64,000 nucleotides of DNA from Eledone cirrhosa (Eukaryota), in contig OZ024741.1 of assembly GCA_964016885.1 (NCBI GenBank), positions 77,624,001-77,688,000 of the forward strand. The letters run 5' to 3'. Below are positions 45,290-58,993 of this stretch, in pieces (the first letter of the stretch is position 1; each line of letters opens with the position of its first letter). The notes under the pieces were generated by a model, which did no database searches, was not told where the DNA came from, and saw only the letters and a list, made by a program, of their open reading frames with translations. A program made the position numbers and the translations under genes.

Positions 45290-47110
45290 TGAACTATTGT
45301 AGACATAAGGCTTGGGTGATTTCCTGTGTTTCCGTGTTGTGGAGAGGTATGGTTTCAGGCCAATGAGTGAAGTGGTCCACCATGGTCAGTAGGTATGAGC
45401 AACCAAGTGAAGGTGGTCGGTGGCCAATGAGGTCAATGTTGACATGGCCAAAAGTTACTTTGGTACGCTGATAGATTTTGGCTTGTTGACAGGGGTAAAG
45501 GTTTTGATCGACTCCCCAATTTGCTTGGCCATACCATGCCAAACAAATTTGCATGAGATCAGACACTGTGTGGCTCTAGTACCTGAGTGAGAGAGTTCAT
45601 GAATGATATCAAAAACTTTTTGGTGCCAGACTAATGGGATGATTTGTGGTTTCCTGGTGGACACATTGCAAAGGAGGGTTGTTCCGTTGGAGGCAAAATG
45701 TATATCCTGCAAGCAAAGGGAAGTGACAGAAGTGTGGTAGGCCCTGACATCATCATCTGTTTGTTGAGTTACAGCAACAGCCTCATAATCAAGACCTTCC
45801 ATTATCGAGGCTTGTAGGTGTCAGAGTCAATAGGGCCTCTAGAGAGTGCATCAGCAACTGGGTGGCTTTTTCAGAGATCTGCTGAATGTCCATAGTGTAC
45901 AGAGAAAGGGCTGATAACTGTCACTGCTGACATGCAGACCATGACTCCGATAGCCTGCTCATAGCAAAGGTGAGTGGTTTATGGTCTGTGAACATCATGA
46001 AGATTCGACCTGTGTCAGACACCTAAATGAGCAACTAGCAGTTCTCTGTCAAAAGCACTATATTTCTGTTCGGGTGGTTGTAATTGTTGACTGAAGAAAT
46101 CTAGAGGTTGCCACTGATATTGATGTATTGTTCCAAAACACTGCCGACAGCTGTATAAGAGGTATCGACTGTGAGAGCAGTTGATGCCAACATATGAGGA
46201 CGGGAAAGCATGGTTGCTTTAGTGAGAGCTTCTTTTGTGGATGAGGTCATTTTTGGAACTTTTTCCTGATAGCGTTTTGCTGCAGAGGGGTTGAATCAAA
46301 GATAAAAGTTTATCATACCTACAAATTGATGCAGAGCCTTAATTATGGTGGGGCATGGAAAGGATAAGATAGCTTTCACTTTTTCTGGTAGGGGGTGTAG
46401 CGCCAGTACCTGTGATTTGATATCCAAAAAAGTTGATTTCTTTAACACCAAAGATGCACTTGGTGGGGTTGATCAAGCCTATCAAAATGAGTTACTATGT
46501 GCTTCTTATGTAGTTCTGTATTTTGACTTGCAATAAGGATGTCATCTAGATATATGAAAACAAAGTCTAGACCAGTGGTTCCCAACTTTTTGTGCCCCAT
46601 GCCCCACCTCAACATTTCAAACATATTTATGCCCCACTTTGATATAAAAACGGTGATGATCAACTACAAATTGGCATATGGGTGATGCCAGATGCACAAT
46701 AACATGTGTGGAGAAGGTGAGATAGAAGTTTCCGACCATAATTTTTTTCAAAGTTGCTTTGGTGTAAAAGTAATAAAATCTGAAGTTTGCTCTCATTAAC
46801 ATCAATTTCAAATTGCCCCCTTGAATATTCAAATTGCTCCCCTGTTGGGTGTGCACCCCACGTTGGAAATCTCTGGTCTAGACTCATGCATAAGGTATCC
46901 ATCAAATGTTGAAAGGATTGTGCTGCATTTTTTAGGCCGAAATGTATACATAGAAATTCATAATCTAAAACGAATGATAACGGTGGTCTTAGGAATATCA
47001 TTATCTTGTGCAGGTATTTGGCCTTGGATGATGTCGATTTTTGAGAAAATTGAACACTGAGCTAAGAAGTCTTGTATATGAGGAATGGGGTAGAGATTGG
47101 GTGTAGTGCT
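45290..47110 (-). mobile_element. Ty3/Gypsy pol fragment (RT, RNase H, integrase), decayed
   Basis: FGLKNAAQSFQ, YLDDILIAS, HELSHSG.RAT, HVNIDLIG...YLLTMVDHFTHWPE in Gypsy order. Confidence 0.85.
46573..46875. mobile_element. hAT MITE inserted in Gypsy RT
   Basis: TIRs cagtggttcccaac / gttggaaatctctg; perfect 8-bp TSD gtctagac at 46565-46572 and 46876-46883. Confidence 0.85.
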
Positions 47111-47129
47111 TGTGATTGAAAATTCAAAG

Positions 47130-48550
47130 TTCACAGGCCCCTATGACCAAGTTACTCAAATATCGTCAAGCTTCCAGACATTTAAATCCAGATAGATTGT
47201 CATTGATATTTAGTGCAAACAAGCAGGTCCAAGTAGGTTGGTTTGTTAGACTCCTGAAACCAAAAAGATGAATTGGTCATCAAAGGAGAGATGGCTCCGC
47301 TTTTGACAACCCTGCCAGACAAAGTGGTAGATCTCTGGAGCCCTTTCTTTCATTGAGGTAAGGATGACATCACATCTGATAGAATTAAATGTCAATCTAG
47401 AGATTAAGTTTGAAGACAAACTTAGGGACCTCTGAAAGCATGTTCATAAATGCTTCACATCCTAGTTTGGTTCCCACTACAGCTGAATTAGGGGAAATTT
47501 TGGTTTGAAAACCAATGACGGACATAACTTTAAAATGGGGCAGAATTCACTGTTGGGCTTAACATGACCAAGCAATTTAGCACTGAAGAACAAGGGACAT
47601 CCTTTCCTGCATTCAAGAGATACCGTTCTTAAGATGCTAAGTGTGCAGAACCTGCTGGAAAAGATGCAAACACCTTTCTGATGTTATTTGGGGATGAAAA
47701 CTGACTTTTAATAGTTCGGTAGATTAGGCCAGTGTAAGCAGTTATCCAAAGGGGCAGACGGATGTTCCATTGTCAATCAATCAATTATGTTGGGCAAGAG
47801 AGGACAGAGGGAGGATAAAAACACCCCCCTTTAATGACAAGATCACTGAATTCAGCATTGGCAGCTTTCTTGGAGTTTGGGGGATTATTAGAAGCTAAAG
47901 GGATGAAAACGCCATAAGGCAATTTCTCCCAAGTCACTCAACTTGATACCATCTACTTTAAAAAAATAAATTATTGCCATGTCCATAACCTTGGCAATTA
48001 AATCTGTCAAATTGATGTGGTTGAGGTTCTTCTTGAATAGTTGCAAATTGACAGCTTCAAGGAAAACAGAGATAGTGAAGGAGTTCTCGAGAGCTGTTGT
48101 ATTTGGGAGCAAACGTTGGTGTAGGGGTTAGTGTGGGATCTAAGAGAGTGAACAAAATATAGGTGATGAGAGGAGGAAAATGTATAAATCAGGAATGCCT
48201 GAATGGAGGAGATTACATGGGACCAACCAAACAATGCCAGAGCTGAGACTGTTGTGTAGTGGGAGAAGTATCAAAAAGAGAAGACAGTAGGTTTGTGGCT
48301 CAGAAATTGAAGTGTGTTAGTGAAGTATTTCAATTGGATTGCGTTTTCTTTTTTTTTTTTTTAGATGCTGTCAGTATGTGTAGCATCGACACCACCACAG
48401 ATGTAGGAGCTTAGTTTTCTAGTGGGTTTACCTGAGCTGTGTAGACTGTTAGTAATTTGATGGTGAGACCTAGCTTTAATAGCAATCTGGAGAGTTTTAC
48501 TTGTTTAGGGGTGAGGTGTGATATTTATTTCTTGATTGTGACTGTGTACT
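47130..48550 (-). mobile_element. Very degenerate LINE (CR1/L2-like endonuclease region)
   Basis: Remnant endonuclease-like peptides only; no intact motifs. Confidence 0.35.
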
Positions 48551-48859
48551 ATTGAAAGTGACAAGATTTCCATGACTCCATTGGAAAATGTTTTCAGGGT
48601 TTCTGTTTATAAACTCAGTACTGGTTGGCCATGGCGTGTCTATGAACATACTCCGTCATGGTATGATTTGATAGGAACTCACTAATTCAAGAGACTCCCA
48701 AAGGTAGATAATTTTTCTTGGTGATTCGTGTGCTGAATTTCTGATTTCAAATGCTCCAACAATATTTTCACCAAATTTCTTGAAGGTGAGAACCCACAGA
48801 TAGTTTACGTAGGAAAGTAAATCTCAGGGGACCTGGTTTTACAAAAACCATATTAGTGG

Positions 48860-49985
48860 TCATTCATCATCATCATCATTGTCCCATAACCCCTTTCAAG
48901 GTCGTTGGGTCACTGCAGTGCTGAACGTTACACTAACTGCCGCCATCCCTGTCAGTCATGGCAAAGTACTTAGGTTGTGGAAAAGTTCATGCCCATCCAC
49001 TCAGCAATGAGTTTGTCTACCACTTCCTCTGTCAGTTGCATCTTCTCTTCCCCTGCACTGTTCCTTGGAGAATCATCTTAGAGAGTTTGTCCAATCTTCT
49101 TATATGTCCAAATCACCTCAATTTTTTCCTCTTCACTATAGTCAGCAGATCTTCAAAGTGACTCATATGCTGGCTTATTCTTTTGTGGACTTCCTTGTTT
49201 GTGATTCCAAGGATTCTTCTATAAAATTTCATCTCCCTTGTAGTTCAGCGATCAAAGTCCATGACTTACATGAGTAGTTTCAGTTTGGCAAATGCTATGG
49301 CTGTTGGAGCACATCTTGCAAGGACCTCTGGCTTTGATGTCTCATGACTGATGATGGCACCAAGGTACTTAAACAGCATCACAATCATCAGCTCTTGACC
49401 ACTGACTGTGATCCTTTTCTCTATTGGCTTTGGGGTGTTTACCATTAACTTAGTTTTCTCGGCACTGATCTCCATGCCGTGTCTGGCAGATGCTATGTCT
49501 AGGTGGTTCTCCAGCTCAGCAAGTTCTTCACTTCCGGCCAGCCGATCGATGTCATCAGCGAACCTGAGGTTCATGACAATTTATCCTCTTATACTGAGTG
49601 TGCTGGGATTGACTTCTAGGGCGTCGGTCATGATTCGCATAAGGAAGATGTTGAACAGTGTTGGGGAGAGGAGACAGCTCTGTCGGATACCTACTGACAT
49701 GTGGAACCAGTCTCCCATTGTGCGTTAGACAAGTACAGCACTTGATTCCTTCACATACAGCTGTTGTAAGATGTGGATGATCTTCTGGCCTATGTTATAT
49801 TTCTTCATGATAGCCCACAACGTATCGTGCCATACCCTATCAAAGGCTTTCTTGAAATTGATGAGTATGTGATAAATGTCTTGTTGGTGTTGGCTATACT
49901 TCTTGTACAAAACTCTCAGATTGAAAATCTGTCCTGTGATGCTCGTTTCACTGTGGAAACCAGCCTGTTCTTCTGAAATGATTCC
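48860..49985 (-). mobile_element. RTE-like LINE RT/3' fragment
   Basis: FKKAFDRVWH, NLRFADDI, FKYLGAII; (cat)n tail at about 48865. Confidence 0.78.
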
Positions 49986-50937
49986 TTGTGATGGTCATTA
50001 AGGAGGGAGTAATTTTAGGTATTGGTGAAGTTGTCAGAAATGAATGCAATAGATTGATATTTGGTAAGGTCAGAGGAGTTGCCCTTCATAGGAATAGGAT
50101 ACATTATTTCAAAGGACTGGGATATATCTCTGTAGAAAACGAGGCATTGGAGAGAGAGGGGGAGAGGGGGAGAGAGAGAGAGAGAGAAATAGCGAGAGAA
50201 GGATTGAAGAGTTTCATAAGGACAGGCTCTGGCAGTGTTATAGGATAAATGAATGCTTGCAACAAAGGGAACTCTGTAAAAGTTCCAGCAGATCGTATTA
50301 AATGGGCAGTATGATGTCGCCTCATTCAAGGTCCTCTACATGCTTGCTCGGCATTCCGTGCACATAAGGACTGCATTAAACAATGCCATGCCAAATATGA
50401 TGATTTAAGGTTAAACAACGATGTTGGCACACCCAATGTAGTGTGGCCAAAAGGACTTCTAATCAATCACCAATTGTGGTCACTCACCAGAAACACCTGC
50501 TAAACCTCCCTCAAACCATGCTTAGTGTCACTCCCATAAAGAAGTACATACTAATCCTGAAAAAAAAAAAATCAATGAGATTGTTCATGGCCGGAACGAC
50601 TGCAATCACAGTTTCATCTGATCAGGGCTGATCCAGAGTCAAATAATTTTTGTTAAGAAAGGTAGGGGAGAGAACTTCAAACCTCAACTTGATCAACAAC
50701 CCTACATTTTTTTTAATGCGACATCATATACTTGTTATAGATGATTTGGTTTAAGCTAAAGGTCAATAATATATATATTTTTACATATCTAAAAAATAAA
50801 TTATTACATTCTTTGACAGAGAAAATTTCATGATACTAGAAAAAATTTAATTAGGATCTGTCATTTGCTTCGTTTCGTATTCCTTTGCAATTTTTTATCA
50901 ACATCAGCAATGTGTATATATTTAGTGAAAAATTACA

Positions 50938-51051
50938 ATGGCTGCTGACGATGATGGGAAACAATCTCTGAATATCCGAAACTTACCCAAAGAAGTTTTC
51001 AACAAAATCCTTACTTACTTACAGTTTCAGGAAGTCAGTGAAATACGCCTG
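50938..51051 (+). CDS. First coding exon of an F-box protein (FBXO28-like): MAADDDGKQSLNIRNLPKEVFNKILTYLQFQEVSEIRL
   Basis: F-box pattern LP-x-E-hhxxIL-x-YL...EVSEIRL, similar to recalled FBXO28 ILSFMSYDEISQLRL; aca ATG G start context; CTG|gtttgt possible donor; no downstream exon found in the window. Confidence 0.65.
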
Positions 51052-52867
51052 GTTTGTATCGTTCATAGAATGCCTTTATCGTTCGTCCTTGCCATGAGAG
51101 TAAATATTTGATTTGTTGCCGTGAACATCCGATAAGGTTTGGGTAGATCGGTAAAAAAAGAAAGGATTGTAAATCAACAATTTCATATTCATTATTTACT
51201 CGTTTCTAATAGTTCCGTCTTTATAGATAAATATCTTGTTTAATATCTGTTATAGCCATTATTTCTTCTATAAACAAATAATAATAAATTCAAAGCAGAA
51301 TACGTATAATCTCAACTACAAGTCGCAAGCAATTAAATCCATTGATTTATTAAGAATCAGCTAAACTAAAGGATAACGTTTTTTTTTTGTTTTGTTTTTT
51401 AAATCCTATTCTGAAATATCAATGCACTTAATGACAAGGCGAAATATATAACTGATATCTGATCTATGTCTCAGTATCTTACAGCTAACAGTAGTTCCTT
51501 ATTTTGCCATAAGCGTCATACGCACAACATCTGTGACTCCCCCCTCCACCACACACTTCTAATTTAACAAACATGGCCTATAGACGTGCCAACCATCAAG
51601 GTGAGGGGAGACCTCTAACGTAATTTCTTGGTCTGCTAGATATAGCAGGTAAATTTTCCTCAACTAACCCTACGACATAAAAAGGGAAGGATACACTGGA
51701 TAGTGTAATAATAGTATACTGCATTTTTTTTTTTGCATTGAAAAAATGATAAAGGCAGATAACAACAAAGAACTGTATGATCGTGGCTGGAGAACCCCTT
51801 GATTGTAGGTCTACTTAATCAAGCACGACCTTGGGCTAAACAACAACATTTGACACAATCATATTGTTCTATAAAAATTTAAGGCTGATTTTTATCAACA
51901 GTTTAAATATAACAATTTCATTTTTATTCATTAAATATAATTTTCTTCGCAAGAAATATGTTCTGTCCTTATATAGACATTTTTGGTAAACAATCCAGAC
52001 GCATAGATAATTCACTTACGACTTCTTTTTTTTTTTTTGCATAAATTAATGTCTATTTCTGTAAAAAACCCCCCAGCAAATTGCTTTCTTTTCTCCTCAC
52101 CCCTATTTTAATTGTTACATAGAATTCTTCCATTGCTAAGATTTTGGATAATTATTTGTGTGTGTAGGGGGTGGGATGGCAGAATCGATAGAGCGTCGGA
52201 CAGAGTGTTTGTAATGCGGCAATTTTCGTTCTGGGTTCTAATACTCCCGACGTCAAACTTTGCGTTTTATCCTTCTGACAATCGATAAAGTACCAGTCAG
52301 TACTGATGTCGATTTAATCGACGAACCGCCACATGTCAAATTAATAACATTGTACCCATGTTAGAAATTACTATATATCAGCAGTGCTAGCAGACGTTGC
52401 CTGGGTGCAGAATATGAGATTTTTGTTGTTTTTTTTAAATAAATTTGTGACTAAATTTTTACAGCAATTTTCTTTTATGGTGCTCTTTACACCAATCGAT
52501 TTACAAACAAAAATTTATATTCTCAGTGACACATGTACACTGACTTGTAATTATTGATGAACACCCCCAATCATCATCGTCACCGTTTAGTTTGGCATAC
52601 AACCAGTCAGTTTGGGCTTGTGCACATCTTCACGAGGTTCAGTTTCTTGAGATCATTCCTCACAACTTCGTCCCACACCATCTTTGATCTCCCTCTTCAA
52701 CAGAATTCATCCACTTAGAGCACTCAGTACTTTTTATACTTTTTATGCCTTCAGCATCTCATATATAGGTATATGTATATATATATTTATATATATATAT
52801 ATATGTATATATATATTTATATTTATATATATATATAGGTATATGTATATATATATATATATATATA

Positions 52868-55189
52868 TCATCATCATCATCATCAACGTCCGTGTTCCAC
52901 GCTTGCATGGGTTTGGACGGGGGTAGTCCCACTTGAGGCAAGAGTGATTGTCTTGCTCGCATAGGACTGTCTGGCAGGTTTTCTACAGTTGGATGCCCTT
53001 CCTAACACCAACCACATTTACAGTGTGGGACTGGGAGGTTTTTACCATGTTGCCTACACGGCCACATTACAGCGTGGACTGTGTGTTTTTTTGTCGTGAC
53101 ACCTACACGATCTCTTGTTTCAGCCTGGATGGCGCGGCACCAACATAACTTTACATAGAACGGGGTGGTGTGGATGGGGTGGGGGTGGTGGGACGGGGTG
53201 TATTTTGTTAGAGATGCCTACTGGCTGTAGTAGGTTTTACTATGTATTTAGGTAAGGCTGGTCTTCTCTGTTACTGAGTACCGCCAAAGGTCTCGTTCCA
53301 GTGACATTGTCTTGGAGAGGTGTAAGTGTGTGAGGTCGGAGTTTATCAGCTCGTCCCAGATTTTTCTAGGTCTGCCTATTCCGTGGCTACCGTCTATCTT
53401 TATTGCCCTGCACTTTGTTATACAGCTATCGACTTTCATGCGCAACACGTGTCCATACCAACGTAGCCTTCTCTCGAGTAAACAACATCTGATCCCTCTT
53501 ATTTCTAATTTTTTCCTTAGTTCGTTTATGCTTTGCCGTTCACGTATATTACTGTTACACATCCAGCGGAGCATGCAAGCTTCGTTCCTCTCTAGTCTGC
53601 GTATATCCTCTGCACACAATGCCCAGGTCTCACTGCCATGCAACATTGCTGTTCGTATGCAGGCATCATACAACCTGCCTTTCATTTTTAGGGAGAACCC
53701 TTTAGCAGCTAATAGTGGTATAAGCTCTCTGAACTTTTTCCAACCAGTTCTGACTCTAGCTACTGTACTTTCAGAGCACCCTCCCCCACTGCTGATTTTG
53801 TCACCCAGGTAACGGAAGCTGTCCACTATTTCTATAGAACCCTCTGCGCAATTGAAAGAGCTAGTATTTTGTGGGCACTTGCTGCTACTTATTGCACCAG
53901 AGCATCGGCCACATGTAAAATCTATGTTCTTAGTTAGCTTACCTGTGATCCCACTACATCTTTTATGCACCCATACTTTGCATTTGGGACATAAAATGGA
54001 GTTTCTACCTACGCCTTTCCTACACACTGAGCATGGCCATTTCCCAGAAGGGACCGCCGCCTTATTTTCTTTCCTACAAACTAGAACTTTAATCTTAGCC
54101 AGGTTAATTTTAAGTCTTTTTGATTCTAGGCCGTGCTTCCATGTTTGGAATTTCTTCTCTAGCTCGACCATTGATTCAGCTATGAGTGTCAGGTCGTCTG
54201 CGTATAGGAGTTCCCATGGGCAGCCGGTCTTGAACTCCTCTGTTATAGCCTGAAGGGCAATAATAAATAGCAGGGGGCTGAGAACAGAGCCCTGATGGAC
54301 GCCAACTTTTACGCTAAACTCTTCACTATATTCGTTGTTAATTCTAACCTTGCTGACTGTTTCTTTATACATGGCTTGTATAGCTCTCACAAGCCATTCG
54401 TCAACCCCTAGTTTTCTAAGAGCCCACCAGATAATGGAACGGGGGACTCTGTCGAAGGCTTTCTCCAAGTCGACAAAAGCTAAGTAGAGGGGTTTACCTT
54501 TAGCTAGGTACTTCTCCTGTAGTTGACGTACAATGAAAAGAGCGTCTGTGGTACTTTTGCCTGACACAAACCCGAACTGCATTTCATCTAGGTCAATTCT
54601 CTCTCTGATTAGTTGCGCTATTACTTTTTCCGTGACCTTCATGACCTGGTCGATTAATTTAATGCCTCTATAGTTACTCCTATCTAGGGCATCTCCTTTA
54701 CCCTTATAACAGTTAACGATGATGCTGCTATGCCAGTCTTTCGGAACAACCCCATTCTGTACGACTTGGTTAACTATGCGGGTGACCATGGTGTGTCCCA
54801 CCGTGCCAGATGCCTTCAGCATCTCAGCAACTATTTCCGAAGGCCCAGCCGCCTTTCCCGTCTTCATATTCTTGATTGCCTTACTTATTATACTACCCTC
54901 GACTAACACTGCTGGTCCCTCTATTGGGTCGATGTGGGGGAGACTGTCTTTCTCCCATTTATTATCCTCATTTAGTAGCCTTTCATAGTGACACTTCCAA
55001 GCTACCTTCTTATCAGCGTCGGTGATGGCAAGTACGCCGTCATCATTAAGTACACACTTCTCCCCGACAATATCACGGTTTTCCTTGACGCATTGCCTAG
55101 CAATCCTGAACACCTCACGTTTTTGATCCTCGCGTTGTAGAACATGCTTGAACTTTCTTTCCTCTGCTTCCCTTCTTGCGAAGTACACT

Positions 55190-55192
<3 letters not shown>
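52868..55192 (-). mobile_element. RTE LINE, young, 5'-truncated, uninterrupted 646-aa RT ORF with PHD-type finger
   Basis: ORF 53248-55188; about 380-nt 3'UTR; (ATG)n tail; flanked by (TA)n. Confidence 0.93.
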
Positions 55193-55237
<45 letters not shown>

Positions 55238-55270
55238 TATATATATATCTATATATATATATATATATAT

Positions 55271-55317
<47 letters not shown>

Positions 55318-55325
55318 TATATATA

Positions 55326-58245
55326 TCATCATCATTATTTTACGTCCGCTTTTCCCTGCTTGCAAGGGTGGGACGTGTCTTATTCAGCACAGCATCTCTC
55401 CACTCGTCACGGTCCCTCATCATCTCCACCATGAGCTTCAATGATCTGAGGTCTGTTTTCACCACCTCCGCCCATGTTTTTCGTGGTCTACCTCTACCAT
55501 GTCTTCCTTCAACTGGCATTTCCTGGCACTTCTTCACCCATCGGTCATCCTCCATGCGCATCACATGTCCATACCACCTCAGTCTCCTCTCCCGTACACT
55601 ACATTCTATCCCTCTCAGACACAGTCTCTCTCTCAACACATTTATGCTGGGCCGTTCACGCACATTTACACTGCACATCCAACGGAGCATGCTTGCCTCA
55701 TTTCTCTCCAGCCGTCGCATATTCTCTGCAGTTGCTGCCCATGTCTCACTACCATGTAGCATCGCGCTCCTCACACAGGCATCATACAACTGGCCTTTCG
55801 TATGCAGGGAGAAACCCTTCTTCGTCAACAGAGGAAGCAGCTCCCTAAACTTCTTCCAACCCGTCCTTATTCTAGATACTATGGCCTTGGAACACCCTCC
55901 TCCCATGCTAATCTGATCTCCTAGGTACCGGAAGCTATCTATCACTTCTATAGCGCCCTCTTGCATTTGAAAAATGTGTCTATCAGTGCGACTTCTACTG
56001 TCTAATTTCCCTGTACATCTACTGCATACATATTTCTCCCTACCTGTTAGTTTGCCTGCTATCCCGCTGCATCTCTTGTGTACCCAGGATCTGCATTGTG
56101 TGCATTTTATAGAATTTATGCCAGTTCCTTTTCTGCATATCGAACATGGCCATTTCCCTGACGGAATCAGGGTTTTGTCCTCTTTTCTACTCATCAACAC
56201 TTTTGTCTTAGCTAGATTCACTCTCAGTCCTCTTGCTTCCAACTGCTGTTTCCATAGCCAGAATTTATTCTCTAGCTGCTCTACTGATTCTGCTATAAGA
56301 ACCAGATCGTCAGCATAGAGAAGTTCCCATGGACAGCCAGTCTTAAACTCCTCTGTTATGGCTTGGAGGACTATAATGAACAAGAGCGGGCTGAGGACCG
56401 AACCCTGATGTACTCCTACTTGTATCTGGAATTCCTCACTAAACTCCATTCCTACCCTGACTTTACTGAGAGTACCTCTGTACAAAGTTTGCACTGTCCT
56501 CACAAGCCATTCCTCAACACCTAGCTTCCTTAGGGACCACCAGATGACAGATCGGGGTACCCTATCAAAGGCCTTCTCTAGGTCAACAAAGGCTAAGTAT
56601 AGTGGCTTATTCTTCTCTAAGAACCTCTCTTGCATTTGTCTCACCAAGAAGAGGGCATCTGTTGTACTCTTCCCAGGCACAAAACCAAACTGCATCTCAT
56701 CTAGTTTGACCCTTTCTCTAATTAGTTGTGCTAAAATCCTTTCTGCCACTTTCATAACCTGATCTATCAGTTTTATACCCCTATAATTGCTCGTCTCCAA
56801 AGCATCCCCTTTACCTTTGTAGCAATTTATGAGAATACTGCTGCACCAGTCTTTGGGTATGACACCACCGTATATAGCCTGATTGATGATGCGTGCAACC
56901 AGTTTAGTGCCTACGTCCCCTGATGCCTTCAGTATCTCAGCAACTATTCCCGATGGTCCGGCCGCCTTACCATTTTTCATTTCCCTAATCGCCTCTTGGA
57001 CCCTATATTCGTCAATCTCAATAGCTGGTCCCTCTCTCGGATCTACCAAGGGTAATTTCTCTCTCTCCCATTTGTTCTCCACATTCATCAGTCTCTCATA
57101 ATGACATTTCCAGGCCTCCTTTTTCTGATCATTCGTGACACTAAGTACACCGGCATCATCCCGGACACATTTATCACCAACAACATCCTGATTTGCATTG
57201 ACACACTGCCTTGCAATGTGGAACACCGCACGCCTCTGATCTTCCCGTCGCAGAACATTGGCAAACCTCCTACTCTCTGCCTCCCTGCGTGCTAAGTACA
57301 CCTGACGTCTAGCTTCTCTCTTAGTGGCTGTATATTCTTCCCTACTCCCACCCTTTTTCCAAGCCTTCCATGCTAATCTTTTGTCTCTAATAGCCTTATC
57401 TACTGTGCTGTTCCCCCACCAGGTCACTCTCTGTCTGGTTGGAGCTCTGCTCCAGCCACAGGTTTCATCAGTAGCCTGCAGCAAGTTGTCACGTAAGAAC
57501 TTCCAGTTATTATCTATGTCATACGTCTCTAAATCGTCTTCTTTTTCGTCATATACATCTTGAAGGGCTTTCCTAAATTTGTATTTTAGTGAAAGGTCTT
57601 TTAGCTTCCACACCTTTCTTCTCCACACCTTCCTATATGTCTCATTCCATCTCTTGCTTATTGAGATATCACTAACAACTAACCTATGCTGTGGAGTACA
57701 TTCTTCCCCAGGGTATGCCTTGGTATTAGACACTATCTGCCTGTCCCGCTGCCTAACTAGCAGGAAGTCAATCTGGCTTATGTGCTCACCAGATTTGTAG
57801 GTTATTAGGTGATTGGCAGGTTTCTGGAAGTTTGTGTTGCAAATAGTCAATGTACTCGCATCACAAAATTCAAGAAGTCTCACTCCTTCTTCATTTCTTG
57901 AACCGTAACCGTGCCCACCATGTACCCCAGTGTAACCATCCTGGAGCTGTCCAACATGACCATTGAAGTCTCCTGCTAGCATAACGATGTCTCCGTCCTC
58001 TGTCATTGTGGTTGTTTGCAAAAGTTGCTCATAAAAGCAGTCTTTCTCATCTTTGCCTAGGCCTGCTTGGGGAGCATAGACCGAGATGATTGTCAGTAGT
58101 CTCCTACCTACAACTAATCTAAGCTTAATTATTCGATTACTAACTCAAACTACCTCTATTGTCTTATTGATCCATTTCTCAGCCAGGAAAATGCCTACTC
58201 CCCCGAACCCATCATCCTTACCTACCCAGAATAGCTTATAGCTAA
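55326..58245 (-). mobile_element. RTE LINE, nearly intact endonuclease+RT ORF (893 aa open, one in-frame TGA upstream at 58145-58147)
   Basis: ISVYAPQ, GDFNGHVG, IDFLL, QHRLVV, FVDLEKAFDRV, YADD, FRYLG; the stop abuts the (ATG)n tail. Confidence 0.94.
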
Positions 58246-58246
58246 G

Positions 58247-58993
<747 letters not shown>

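Noticed and set aside
50945-50985. CTGACGA...GAAA resembling a hammerhead core
   Set aside because: No convincing stems I/III; better explained as F-box coding sequence.
53312-57800. Many + strand ORFs of 70-180 aa over the RTE copies
   Set aside because: Antisense shadows of the LINE ORFs with no independent motif.
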